From contig NC_058368.1 of assembly GCF_018350175.1 (NCBI RefSeq), positions 144,214,001-144,278,000 on the forward strand: a DNA stretch of 64,000 nucleotides. Reading direction: 5' to 3'. The position numbers and the translations under genes are program-made. The DNA is from Felis catus (taxonomy: Eukaryota). The notes below the pieces were generated by a model. It was not told the origin of the DNA and made no database searches. It worked only from the letters and a program-made list of their open reading frames with translations. Positions 12,126 through 27,295 of this stretch are shown here, piece by piece (the stretch's first letter is position 1; the number at the start of each line of letters is the position of its first letter).

Positions 12126-12734
12126 AGTAGGTTCTGAGGTGCCATTAGGTTCTCTGAGTTCACACAAGGCAGTTGTTCCCCAACTTGGATAATCACCTGA
12201 ATTAGCTGAGGCTGCTTTTGCATTTTAGTTAATTTTTTCAGTCCCTGGAGATTCTGATTTACTTTGTATTAATGAGGGATGAATTGGTTTGTATTAAAAT
12301 GTAATAAAAGCCAGATGATTCTGATGTACAGACTGGATGATGAGCCCCTGACTTGGGGAGATTCTTGATAATAAATACTAGCACAGTGTTTTATAGTCCT
12401 TAGAGTTACCATCATTAGCCTGGAAAATCACAGGCAACATATATTGTTTCTGTGGTTTTTAGTTGAAAGCTTGGTGATATAAATTCAAAGGCAAACTAAA
12501 TATATATAGATCTTTACTTCCACTGTTATATGATACATTAATGTTTTTTTCATCGTTGCCAAATTAGGAATTTAACTTTTGCTCCATCACTAATATCTCC
12601 AATTCAGAACAGTGCTTCTCAGCCCAGCTTTAAATTAGAATCACCTGGAGGACTTTAAAAACAGATAGACTTTTCTTCAGAATCATATTGGTCTTCACTA
12701 AGAACTGACTTTGCATGTTGTTTAAAGCTTTCAT

Positions 12735-12966
12735 TTTATTTTATTTTATTTTATTTTTTTGAAAGTTTTTATTTTTATTTTTGAAGGAGAGAGAGACAGA
12801 GCATGAGTGGGGGAAGAGCAGAGAGAGGGAGACACAGAATCCAAAGCAGGCTCCAGGCTTTGTTCTGTCAGCACAGAGCCTGATGCAGGGCTAGAACTCA
12901 TGAACTGTGAGATCATGACCTGAAGTGAAGCTGGACGCTTGACCAACTGAACCACCCAGGCACCCC
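12735..12966 (-). mobile_element. CAN-SINE
   Basis: Antisense SINE consensus. Confidence 0.9.
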
Positions 12967-14304
12967 TAAAACTTTCGTTTTAATGTGTAGCAATGGTTGA
13001 GAGCCAGTGAATTAGAGAAATAGTTCCTTTTATTTTTTTGAGTCATTTAAATGAAAAACTATGGATTTTTGAAAAGTTATGGATTGAAAGCTATGGATTC
13101 TTTACTCAGAAAAATACTCACACCAACACGATTTTGTATATATTATTAAGAAGTTTACACTTCTTCCCACCAAGTCCAGGTTTATGAGTTCCTCCTTCAA
13201 CTAAGCTGAGATCCATTGACTTATCTTAGGTCATCAGGAAAAAAAAAGGGTGTTTTGTTTTTGTGGGTTTGTTTGTTTAATTTACACTTTCTTTTAATAC
13301 TTAGAAGCAGTTCACCTGAGTGTAGTGGTCATAAAGTATAGATATCAAAAAGTTTGTCTATTAAATCTCATTTTATTAATTGGAGAATTTATCCTAGGGC
13401 TTCACGAGAGCTTGTTAACTAATTATACATAAAACAACCAGCTTGTTGTTTCTGATTCACTGCACATTAGAAGTCACCAGTTAGAAGGGACACCTAGAAG
13501 TAGTACATGGACATCATTACAGGAGATACCTGACTGTTTGGTGTTATGGAAGGACACACATGAATGGTAAAAAGCTACCAATTGAAGTTAAATGCCCAGG
13601 GTCTACAACCATTAGTGTGGGGATCATCTGCCTCGTAAGTCTTGGTAGGTTTTAAAATTCCCATTTTATTGTGCTGATCATCCTGTATTGTCAAGACAAA
13701 GTTAAATTGAGTTCAGAATGCTGTCCCTGAGAATATAAAAAAGAGTATAGTATATCATAAGTTTTTCCACCCAAATGATGAAAAACAACTTGCTTAATAC
13801 TCAAGTATCCAGATAGACTTGTTGGTATACTATATGGATAAAAGTTTCTTTCTGCATGCCTACTCTTCATTCCATATATGAATAAAGTATAAAGAACTTT
13901 TTTTCTATAGGAGATATATTTTCTTAAAGTTTTAAGTTTTACAATATGTAGTATTCCTGGATTTTACATAAAAGATATGGAAACGAAATAGAAAATCCAT
14001 CAAAATTAAAAGCAGATGACATTCTCTCATCTGATACATTGACCCACTTTTCTGTTGCCACAACTCCCCACACTTCACCATACCTCACCATCTCATTGCT
14101 GATCTTTGGAGATTTGCTTGGCTACACTACTCAGACAAATTACATCTCTACCTGCTCTTGCAGCTAAGATGAATTTTTTAAACAGTTAGCAACTGTAGAG
14201 TACATGTTCCTGGACTTCCTCTTTGACCAGAGTCCCCTTGCTGGGCCATATAGCACATTTCTCTTTTTCTCTTCTCTTCCCCTGCTGATCACTCTGCTTT
14301 CAAT

Positions 14305-14580
14305 ACATATATATGTATATATATGTTTATATATATGTGTATATATAAATATATATATAAATATATATAAATATATATATACACATATATATATATATAT
14401 TTATTTATAGAGAATGCATGGGAGAGGCAGAGAGAGAGGGAGAGAGAGAGAATCCCAAACAGTCTCCTGCTAACAGTGCCGAGCCCCACACGGGCTCAAA
14501 CTCACAAACTGTGAGATCGTGACCTGAGCTGAAATCAAGAGTCAAATGCTTAACCGACTGAGCACCTGGGTGAGGTGCCC
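14305..14580 (-). mobile_element. CAN-SINE with an adjoining (TA)n-rich microsatellite (14305-14400)
   Basis: SINE body at 14400-14580; TA-rich tract at its tail end. Confidence 0.85.
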
Positions 14581-15363
14581 CTAGGCTATATTTTTAATTC
14601 CAAGTGTAGCTGATTAAATTTTCAGATGATAGCAGTGATACAGTGACAGTTAGTTAGAAGGCAGATTTATGCTACAAATCTGTGTCATTTTACCTTTTAT
14701 ATAAATAAATCCCATAAAAAGGAATTTGCCTTAAGCTCTAAACTGGAATTATGGTTTTCACACATGAAGGTAAGGATAGCAGGAATACTAATGTTGAATT
14801 GTGACTTTGTGTTTTGTATTTTCCAAAAGCTCTGTGTCATATTTCTTTACCAAAAAAATTGTGCTTCTTTCTTGGAATCAAGATTAATGGAATATACTTT
14901 CAGACTGTGCTTGGAAATTTGAAGCATTAAGTGCAGCTATAACAGATAGCATATGCTTATTGAAAGTGGTTTTACTTATTGTTGAGAGACAGATATTCAC
15001 GTCTGCTCACTTTTTGTGCCTTATGCATCTGGGAATAAATAAGGAAAAGAAGAATGTTAATTACAGTAGATTTAATGAAATAAAACTTAAAAAGAGGTAT
15101 ATAACTCTTTAAAATATGTAGATTTTTAAAATTTCCTTAAATAGTTGTACAGAGTTTAGTTTGGCTCATTTTTTAAAAGTCTTTTACTCTGAAAAATTTC
15201 AAACTTGCAAAAATGTTTATCTGAATATACTATGTGCCTCCTACAAACTTTCACTTAGATAAACTAATTATTAGGTTTGTGCTGAATTTGCATTCTCTCT
15301 CTTTCTGAAAACTATTACTATGGTTAATACTTTGTAAACTATAAAAATCTTTTTGGTTGCCAG

Positions 15364-15579
15364 GACAAGACACTTTTCGATCTCAGTCCTTCTGGATCTT
15401 CACAAAAGGGTAATGACAATTTACAGACAACTTCTGATCCTAAACCATCTAACAAACGGACCAAAAGCATCTACACACCTTTAGAATTACAGTACATTGA
15501 ATTGAAGCAGCAGCAGAAAGATGCAATTTTGTGTGTGGAATGTGGATACAAGTATAGATTCTTTGGGGAAGATGCAGAG
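15364..15579 (+). CDS. MSH3: MSH3 exon 4 (216 nt): DKTLFDL...[42 protein letters not shown]; start of mismatch-binding domain I
   Basis: Acceptor ttgcCAG (15361-15363), donor GAG|GTAAGT (15580); has the MSH3-type [11 protein letters not shown] motif. Confidence 0.97.
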
Positions 15580-17240
15580 GTAAGTTATTTTTGCAAATAC
15601 TGTTCCATGTTTTCCTTATCCAGCCTTAAGTATTTTGCAATATTTTTGTTTCCATTTCTGACCTTATGAGAGAGCTAACGTGATCAGTTGCCCTTGAAAA
15701 ATGCTATCATTTAAAGTAAAAACTATAAATAAACACGGGCAAACTTGGTGGATGCTAGGCTTTTAGGGGAGGAAGTGAGGAACCCCTTTTGGAATGTCGT
15801 GTCTGTTCTCCATGGTGCTCACCCAGTACCTTTCATCCATTGCACGGTGATTGGATGAATCACTTAGTGAATGAACCATAATCGTGTGAGTATTTACGTT
15901 TCCTGATGAAGACTCAAGCAGAAGAAATTTTGAGATGACCCATTTACTCTTAATTTATAAATTTTGATAGCCAGGAACATAGTTCCATGTCAGCGGAAGA
16001 GCACATTAACAGCCAGCCATCCACAGAAGGTGTTTGAAGTGTTACAATGTCTTTGTATGTCCATCATCTTGTTATGCTAGTCTGAGTTGATTTTGTATTT
16101 GATTTTGAGGTATTTGATATAGGCCGAAGTTAACGAACATCAGAAGTGAATTTGAGTATTTAGTGGGTAGGCTTAGGGAAAGCATTGCTGGTGATGTCCT
16201 GCTGGAGTCATGCGTGATTGTGATCCTTCCACACTTTTAAGTCTCTGGCATCATGCATCATATGTCCTCAGAGAGTGATGAGGTGGCACATCTAACATCT
16301 ATCTTGTGTGATAGGAAGTACAGACTTGGCCAACTTTTTTCTTCTAGCTTTTAAAATCCTATTGTGGCACAAAGTGATGTTCTTTAGTTCAGGTGGCATC
16401 ATGTGTTTGGTGTCATGAAGTAAAAGTTTGAAATAGCATGTTTTCTGGGGACACAAACAGATATGTAGTTGTCATTGTATAGGTAAAGGGTGAAAGAAAA
16501 TGCTGTTTTCTCCCCTACTCTCCAGATTGAGTAGTAGATTTAGTCTTACCACCCAGTAAAGGCTGGTGTTTTCTAGCCTTGCAATAAGGAACTACTGTTC
16601 AGAGATGGGTGGGGCAGGGAATGAGAATGATGGGATGAGCATTCCATGGCTCCAGTGGACAGTGTCTGAGCCGTGGTGTTCTCCAGTAGAAAGTGGGGAG
16701 TTAGGTGGTGCTGCCTGATTCTGCACGCCTCTCATTTATGCATCTGATTAGCTAACCATACCAGGGGTTTCTCTTCTCACTTCCTCAAAGATGCCCACTG
16801 TCTGAGTAGCTTCAGAATTTATGTTTTATAGTATCTCCTAATTTTCAGTTAGTTGCATGTGCTATGTAGCAAATTCTTACTCTATTATAGTGTTTTGTTC
16901 TGCATTGAATATCATTGTGCAGGCTTTTAGGGGAGGCTCAGCACTTTAAGGTTTTGTTAGATCTAATCAGCATAGAAGACATGGCATATTTTTCCACGAC
17001 ATTGATATTACAGATGTTGGCTCTGAGGTTAGGTCATGGGAACTGCCAAAAAATAGATTAAACTATAGGCTTCTGTATGAGGACTGTCTTTAAAATTTTG
17101 TATTGATAGGCCATTCACGTAGAGAAGAAGTGCACAAATCCTAAGTGTATACCTTGATGGATTTTTAGCAAAGTGAGCGAACACCACGTGGGGATTCTTG
17201 AAATAGACACTTATTGATACTCTCTTTTTTAATTTTTTAG

Positions 17241-17525
<285 letters not shown>

Positions 17526-17532
17526 TAAGGTA

Positions 17533-17744
17533 ATTTTTTTTTTAAGTTTACTCATTTATTTTGTGAGATAGAGAGAGAGCATGAGTAGGGAAAGAGCAGG
17601 GAGAGAGGGAGAGAGAGAATCCCAAGCAGGCTCTGTGTTGTTAGTGTGGAACTTGATGTGGGGCTCAGTCTCCCGAATTGTGGGATCGTGACCTGAGCTG
17701 AAATCAGTAATTGGGCACTTAACCATTGAGCCACCCAGGGGCCT
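17533..17744 (-). mobile_element. CAN-SINE in intron 5
   Basis: Antisense SINE consensus. Confidence 0.9.
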
Positions 17745-17767
17745 CTAAAATAAATTAAAAAAAAAAA

Positions 17768-17774
17768 GTGTATA

Positions 17775-17836
<62 letters not shown>

Positions 17837-17856
17837 TATATGTATATGTATATATG

Positions 17857-17887
<31 letters not shown>

Positions 17888-17910
17888 GTATATACGTATA
17901 TATATATACG

Positions 17911-17950
<40 letters not shown>

Positions 17951-17959
17951 TATATGTGT
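17768..17959. repeat. 192-nt alternating purine-pyrimidine (TA/TG/CA) compound microsatellite
   Basis: Pure (TA)23 at 17781-17826; strict RY alternation throughout. Confidence 0.95.
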
Positions 17960-18084
17960 CTGTGGTAGAGTGTTTCTTAGTGGTTCACTTGAAAGCTCCT
18001 TGTAGTGTTTACTTCTTAAGCCCGACATCTGGACATTGTGGACTAAGGTGTTTATTTTTAAATGTTTCAGAATTAACCTTTTAA

Positions 18085-19911
<1,827 letters not shown>

Positions 19912-20057
19912 ATGTGAATCCTTTAGTCAAGCTGGATGATGCTATAAATGTCGATGAGATAGTGACTGATAATTCTACCAACTTTCTTCTGTGTATCTGT
20001 GAAGATCAGGAAAATGTTAAGGACAAAAAAAAGGGGAACATTTTCATTGGAATGGTG
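19912..20057 (+). CDS. MSH3: MSH3 exon 7 (146 nt): (D)[48 protein letters not shown]
   Basis: Follows the AC acceptor; donor GTG|GTAAGT (20058); contains a coding A8 run at 20025-20032. Confidence 0.95.
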
Positions 20058-20844
20058 GTAAGTACTTTGTAGGTGAAGAATGAATGATAGATGTTCATGG
20101 TATCTCTGTGACTAATCTTGTATGGTTTATAATGAGACTGATCAAGTGTGCCCTCAAGTAACTTACTAGAAAAATATTTTCCTCGTAATTTGATATGTTA
20201 AATCACTAGTTACAAGTTTTCTCATATGGCTACTTGGCACTCTGTACTATGGAGACATCCAGGTAGTTTCTGTCCATGTGCTCTATGCATTTAGGGTTCA
20301 GGATGGACACAGTGACAGGTATAGATATAGATAAGAAACAGAGCAGAATAAAACACTAAGCCAACACTGTGCATGGATAGCAAAGGATTTTACAAATTTC
20401 CCCTAGGGATTTGAAATTAAACGCATGATTTTGTGATTGTTGTATATAGATTTGGAGTAAAGGGGATAGTTAAGGGGAAATGATAGTTGGCCAATGCAAA
20501 ACTCCATGTTTAATTAACGTTAGGAATACTTACAGTCAGTTTTCTAGAGAAATATAATTTGTGAATCATGGTTTTATTGATTTTACCCTCTGGCAGTTTG
20601 TGAGTAAATTTGCCCATTTACAGACCCACATGGACTTGGCTCAAAACCTTAGAATTTTTAGTGCCCTTCAGAACTATTAGATTTTCTTTTTCTCTCGTTG
20701 TTAAAGCAAAAGTAGGACTCCTTGCCTAAGTAATAACTAATTCTCTTTTTTTTCTAATTTTTGCAATCAGCTGCAATATCAACACAGTTCTTTTTTTTTC
20801 CAGCAAAAATTCTTAACAACCCAAATGTCTCCAAAGTATCTTTT

Positions 20845-20886
20845 TAAAAAAATAAAAAAAAATTTTTTTTTCAATGTTTATTTATT

Positions 20887-20927
<41 letters not shown>

Positions 20928-21295
20928 TAGAACACGAGTGGGGAAGGGGCAGAGAGAGGAGACACAGAATCTGAAGCAGGCTCCAGGCTCTGAGCCATCA
21001 GCACAGAGCCCAATGTGGGGCTCGAAGTCTCACAAACTGTGAGATCACGACCTGAGCTGAAGTTGGATGCTCGACCGACTGAGCCACCCAGACGCCCCTA
21101 AAAAAATTTTTTTTAATCAAGTGTTTATTTCTGAGAGAGATAGAAGGGGGTGGCAGAGTGAGAGGGGGGTAGAGGATTTGAAGCAGTCTGTGTGCTGACA
21201 GCAGAGAGCCCGATATAGGGCTAGAACCCATGGACCATGAGATTATGACCTGAGCTAAAGTCAGATGCTTAACTGCTGAGCCACTCAGGGGCCCC
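20845..21295 (-). mobile_element. Two tandem CAN-SINEs, one nested in the other's tail
   Basis: Bodies end at ~21098 and ~21295; outer TSD CTCCAAAGTA on both sides. Confidence 0.9.
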
Positions 21296-22138
21296 TCCAA
21301 AGTACCTTCTAATACCTTATTTTGGGGGGATAACTCTCTGCTAGCTTGACCTTTGCTTAACCAATAAACTTTCAGAGAGTTTGCATTACTGTTGGGTGGC
21401 TCTGAATGATTTTTTTTTTCTAAATAATTTTTTTTTTTAATCTTTGAGAAGCACTTTTTATCTAGTCACAGGCAATTGGATTTATTTACAAATAGTAAGG
21501 TTATTTGCTTTTAAGCTCTAACATATGTAATGTGCTAATTTATATTTACCTGAAACTCAGCCTAAAGAATAGAGTTGAATGTATATGCTTCCTCTTTAGT
21601 GCTGAGTGGTTGCCGCCAGAATTAACCGTTGTGTATGAACTGTGATGTGAAAAAATGAGAAATGATAGTTTGCCTGTCAAGTGTTTTCTTGGGTCTTGTC
21701 CTTGTTCTCACTGACCACTTTTGGGCTGATGACATCCAAAGCTCTGGGTCCAGGCTGCACCTCTCTCCTGAGCTCTAGCCTCTTATATCTATCTTTTTGC
21801 TGGGCACGGCACTCAGAATTTGTCCTGACTCCTCAAACTCAGTGTGGCTACAATAGATCTGTTCTTTTTTTACCCTCAGTACTATTCTTGTTGGATTTTT
21901 CCCTGTTGTTACGAGTGTCACTACCTAGGAGCTATCTTTTGGGTATTGGCAGTTAGTCTAAAATCAAAGTCTTTAGCATTGATAGTATCACTGCAGTTAG
22001 GCCCTCTGCCTTCATTCTGGGCAGTGCATGGTTTTATACAGCCTAACTTTGTGTTTCTTAGTGTCACATATCACATAGTAATAGATGTTGCAGGCATTAT
22101 AATATAGACCATTTCTCTAATTAAAAAAAAAGCAGGGA

Positions 22139-22337
22139 GGTGGCGCCTGGGTGGTTCAGTCAGTTAAGTGTCTGACTTCAGCCCAGGTCATGATCTCATG
22201 GTGCCTGAGTTCAAGCCCCCACATCAGGCTCACTGCTATCAGTGCAGAGCCCACTTGGGATCCTCATTCTCCCTCTTTCTCTATCCCTCCCCTACTCATA
22301 TTCTTTCAAAAATAAACATTAAAAAAATAATTAAAAA
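22139..22337 (+). mobile_element. CAN-SINE
   Basis: Sense SINE consensus with A tail. Confidence 0.9.
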
Positions 22338-22954
22338 GGCAGAGGGGAATTTGTCTGATAAATTTGTTACTTGAACTTCTATAAATAGCTTTTGTAAATG
22401 CTAGTTAGATTGGGAGATAAACTTACTTATGTATACTAACGTACTTACGTTCCAGCTATCTGGGCACTAGAGAAGGCCTCTCGGCTATCATTAAGGAGGT
22501 ACTTTGAGCCAAAAATGAGGGACTTCAAAAAATTATAAAATATTCAAAAGAAAAATTAATAAAACAGAGTGCTTAATTATGGTAATATGAGACAGTGCTC
22601 TAGGGGTTAGGAAATATTTCCTCTGGGAAATAGAACATTGCCTTGAGAAGGGCCCCCTTCCTTCAGCAGAGGTTAACTGTAATCCAGACTTGTATGATAA
22701 TAATTTCCTTGCTTTTAGTTCTAGTTTTACCTCCTTAAACTATATACAAGTGTAAACATGTTGTGTCTTTTGGAGTCTTGCTTCCTTTGCTTGCAAACTA
22801 CTCTCATATAGTATTTGTATATGAGATTTATTTGTGTTACTGTAGTAGTTCTTACATTGTCATTGCCATATTATATTTGATGATTTTCAGTTTATTCTTC
22901 TCTTGATGGACATGTGGGTTCTTTTCGGTTTTGGTTGTACAGAGAATGCTGTAC

Positions 22955-23490
22955 CCACATGAACCCACAAACTGTGGGATCATGACCTGAGCCGAAGTCA
23001 GATGCTTAACTGATTGAGCCACCCAGGTGCCCCACTTTTTTTTTTATGTTTATTTATTTATTTTGAGAGAGAGAGTGCAAATGGGGAAGAGGCAGAGAGA
23101 GAGAGGGAGACACAGAGTTCAAAGCAGGCTCCAGGCTCTGAGCTGTCAGCACAGAGCCTGACGCAGGGCGAGAACTCATGAACCGGGAGACCATGACCTG
23201 AGCCAAAGTTGGCCACTTAACCGACTGAGTCACCCAAGTGCCCCAGTGCCATGCATTTCTTTTCTTTTCTTTTCTTTTCTCTTTTCTTTCTTTTTAATTT
23301 TTATTTATTTCTGAGAGACAGAGGGTGAGCAGGGCAGGGGCAGAGAGAGAGGGAGACACAGAATCTGGAGCGGGCTCCAGTCTCTGAGCTGTCAGGACAG
23401 AGCCTGATGTGGGGCTCAAACTCACAAACCATGAGATCATGACCTGAGCTGAAATCAGACGCTTAACTGACTGGGCCACCCAGGCGCCCC
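22955..23490 (-). mobile_element. Cluster of three CAN-SINEs (one partial)
   Basis: Heads end at ~23033, ~23244 and ~23490. Confidence 0.88.
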
Positions 23491-24247
23491 CATGCATTTA
23501 TTTACCATCAGCAGAGGACATGAGAGTGGCCTGTGGAGTGAGATCACCTGGATCTTGTTTCCACCACTTTATCACTCTGCAACCTTGGCTAGATTTCTTA
23601 CCTTTTTTCTCCTTTCTCAAACCATGAGTTTTTCCAGTTTATCTTTGCTATATTGGCTTGGGATGCTAGGGGGTAGCTTTTAGTTTTTATGGTTATTTCC
23701 CTAGATAAACTCTCTACTTGGGATTCATTCAGAGTTTGCTATATTTGTGTTAGTTTTTGGAAAAATTATACTTTTATTGATTAATTTTATAAAATGAAAT
23801 AGAAATTTACTACCGCTCTGGTGGCCATGTTACTAGGAACTTATTACTCTTTAGTGATGACAACTGTTATTTGTACAGTACTAAATAGTTTATAAAGCAT
23901 TCGTGTTTGTTTTATGATCTGACCATTGCAGTGACCTGAAGATGAAAGTAGGCTGGTTTATTCCCACTTAGAGGAGGAAACTGAGGGTTTGGTGACTTGT
24001 CAGAGTCATTCTGTCAGGTTCGTTGGATCCAAAACTTGGCTCAGGCTGTTTCTCGCATAGTGTAGATATTGGTGAATCTGACTTCTTACATAAGAATCTT
24101 GGAAAGTACACAGGTTTTCAAACACTTTAGAACTGGACTACACACTACAGAGTGTATCCTCTTTACTGTTTCCATGTGTGTTTATAATGTGTCAAGGTTA
24201 TAATTGGGAAAAATATGTTTTCTGTGATGTTGCATTTTTGTTTTCAG

Positions 24248-24414
24248 GGAGTGCAGCCTGCCACAGGTGAGGTCGTGTTTGATAGTTTCCAGGACTCTGC
24301 TTCCCGTTTGGAGCTCGAAACTCGGATATTGTGCCTTCAGCCCGTGGAGCTACTGCTCCCCTCACACTTGTCAGAGCAAACAGAGATGCTTATCCACAGA
24401 GCCACAGCTGCTCG
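24248..24414 (+). CDS. MSH3: MSH3 exon 8 (167 nt): [55 protein letters not shown](R)
   Basis: Acceptor ttttcAG (24246-24247), donor CG|GTGAGT (24415); ends in phase 2. Confidence 0.97.
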
Positions 24415-25444
24415 GTGAGTTGGCACATCATTGGAAAATACTACTGATTTTGAAACTCAGATTTAATTCCCAGACTGGGAATTAAACTCATTAAATTTAA
24501 ACTCATTGAAGTTGTTAACAAGTTTTTACTTACAGAAGTATTTTAACAGTAGTGGTGGAAATTAAAAAAAAAAGAAAGAAAAAGGAAATTACTCATAATA
24601 TCACCTTAATGTAGGACTGTTAGAGCGGTTTAATGATACTATTTAGTAATTTATCTTCAGTTTTTAGAGGTAATTTAGAGTTCATTTCTTAGAAAGGTTA
24701 TATAATTTTGAAAATGCTGCAAGTTTTAATTTGTGGCTGTGTCCAGGAGTTTTATTGATTAGATCTAATGTCATACGTCTTAACTTGTGCAGCAGTGTAC
24801 TAGGCACTGTGGCATCCAGAGGAAGAGGATGTGTTTGTCGTCCATGTTTGGCAGAGTTTATAATCCACCAGGAGAGGCAGATGTGTACACATCTAACAGG
24901 ATTCACAAAGCATGATGTTAAGTGACAACATGAAGGTACCTTGTTGGGACCATTCCATACTGCCACCTGGAGGAGTATATGGGGAGAAAAGACACTGGAA
25001 AGGCGGGCAATGGCTCCAGGGGACAGGACTATGTACTGAGGAATTTGGACTTTAGACTAAGCAGGAAAGCCCATAAAGATTTTTATTTAGTAGATTGACA
25101 AATCAGGAAGTCAAATTGATGGGTAAGTGAAGTTCCAACTATTTTTTTGTTCTTTTAGAGTTAAGAGTGTCACACTTTCATTTAAATTGAACTTCTAAGT
25201 AGTTTTCATAATAAATATTTTTTATTATAACACTAATCCGTGACCATTTAGGAAAAATTGGGAGTTACCAAAAAAATGAAGAGCTAAAAATAAGTCAAAT
25301 CCTATAACCCGGAGATAGTTATTCTTAAATGTTTTGGTGTGTTAATTCTATGCATATGTATCACATTTTTTGATTTATGAAGTTGGATTCATGTTGCAAA
25401 ATCAGTTTTGTGTCCTGTATTTTTACTTAAAATTCCCATAGTTA

Positions 25445-25660
25445 AAAAAAATTTTTTAATCTTTATTTATTTTTGAGAGAGAGAGAGAGTGTGAGCTGGG
25501 GGGGAACAGAGAGAGAGGGAGACACAGAATCTGAAGTAGGCTACAGGCTCCAAGCTGTCAGCAGAGAGCCTGACGTGGGGCTGGAACCCACGAACCTTGA
25601 GATCATGACCTGAGCTCAAGTTGGATGCTTAATCGACTGAGCCACCCACAGGTAACCCCC
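25445..25660 (-). mobile_element. CAN-SINE
   Basis: Antisense SINE consensus. Confidence 0.9.
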
Positions 25661-27295
25661 ATACTTTTAAAAGGGAAATTTATCTTATTTTATTATGGAA
25701 AACATATAAAATTATACCGAATAGTGTAGTGAACCACATGAATTCATCAACCACCTTCAACATTGCTCAACTCAATTTCATTTCATCTATATCCCTACTC
25801 CCTCTCTCCTTAGATTATTTACTTGAAGCAAATTCTAGAGAACATCATTTCATCTGCTGATATTTCAGCAGGTACTCAATGGAAACAAAATGACTGCATC
25901 TCATTCAGTCATGTAAATGGATAATTTATCCATTCCCCTTTTGTTATGCTATGTTCATTTTTTTAACTTCCACAAATATTACTGTGATGAGTATCCATGC
26001 ATAGAAATATTTGTGTGCATTTCTGATTATTTCCTTAAGCTAAATTCCTCCAAGTGGAATTACTGGGTCACAGGGTATAAACATTTATAAAGCTTTAGAA
26101 TTGGTAATATCAATTTATACTTCTATTGCTACAGTACAGGAGAGTTGCTTGAACCTTGCTTACAATGGATCATGTAAACAATCTCTGCCAACTGAATAGG
26201 TGAAAAATTCTCTATCAAGTCCCCTTATTTGGTTTATAATCGTTTTCTGACAGTGAGTTAAAACCTGAATAATTAAAACTGACACAGTAGACTGATTAAT
26301 TAAAAAAATTAATAAAATTTCTAAAAATTTTTAAAAGTCTTCTAAAACTTTATTTCCAATATTTTGTGGTTTTGGTTTTGTTCATTTTTCTTTATAACTG
26401 TGTGTATATTCAGTTGACTTAGATATAACAGAGACTAAAGTTGATGAATGAATACTTCCATTTTTCTGATTTCTACTTTTTAAAAACAAAATAATAAAGG
26501 CAAAAATTCAATAAAAGGTAAAAATATTCCACAAAAACATTGTCAAAAATGAGTTTTTTTGGCTGGCGGGCAGCATTGCCTATGATATTGCTAAATGTTT
26601 ATTCATCAAATGAAATTCAGAAGGCATTTGGCATACTAAAAGATAGTTCTGGTGTCATATGTGGGCTTTCCCAAATTTGATGCTGCCTTTGTTTTCTTTT
26701 TATTTATATTTCTTTAGTTAGCATTGAGAATGTATAACTCTTCCTATTTTCCCGCGCTCATGTAATTTTTGTTTTATTCGCATTTTAGACTAAGCAAAGT
26801 CAAAAGTTAATCCCCGTTTCTGTGAGTGTCTAAAGCTAATCTATATCCATGGACACATGGAGTGCTAGAGATTCACAAGTTGAGCAAATATTGTGGCTCT
26901 TGTGATGTAGGGTTTGGGTTGGAAAATTGGCTTTTCACCTTACCGACTTTCACTACTCACTCAACTGTGTTGTGTTGTCCTTCAGTTTCCTTTCCTTTCC
27001 TTTCCTTTTTTGTTTTTCCTCCTTTTCTTTAATATAGGGGTAATAAGAGTGCTTACCTCACAGGATTATTCTGAGTGTTAAATAAGTTAATACAAGTGAA
27101 ATGTTTGCAATAGTGGCTGGCATAGAAAGCCCTCTATAGATAGCAAGCTGTCTGTTAACTGTATGATTATTATTTATTATTATTTGCCATTGTCTTTTTA
27201 AATATTGCTTCTTCCCTGTTCTTTTCTCGAATGCCTTCTTATTCTGCTCTCTATGCGTGGCCCTTTGTGGTGTTATCTCCCACCTCCAGCCTTCT

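Noticed and set aside
17552..18084. Tyr/Ile-rich ORFs (YIYIY...)
   Set aside because: They are translations of the (TA)n microsatellite, which lacks stops.
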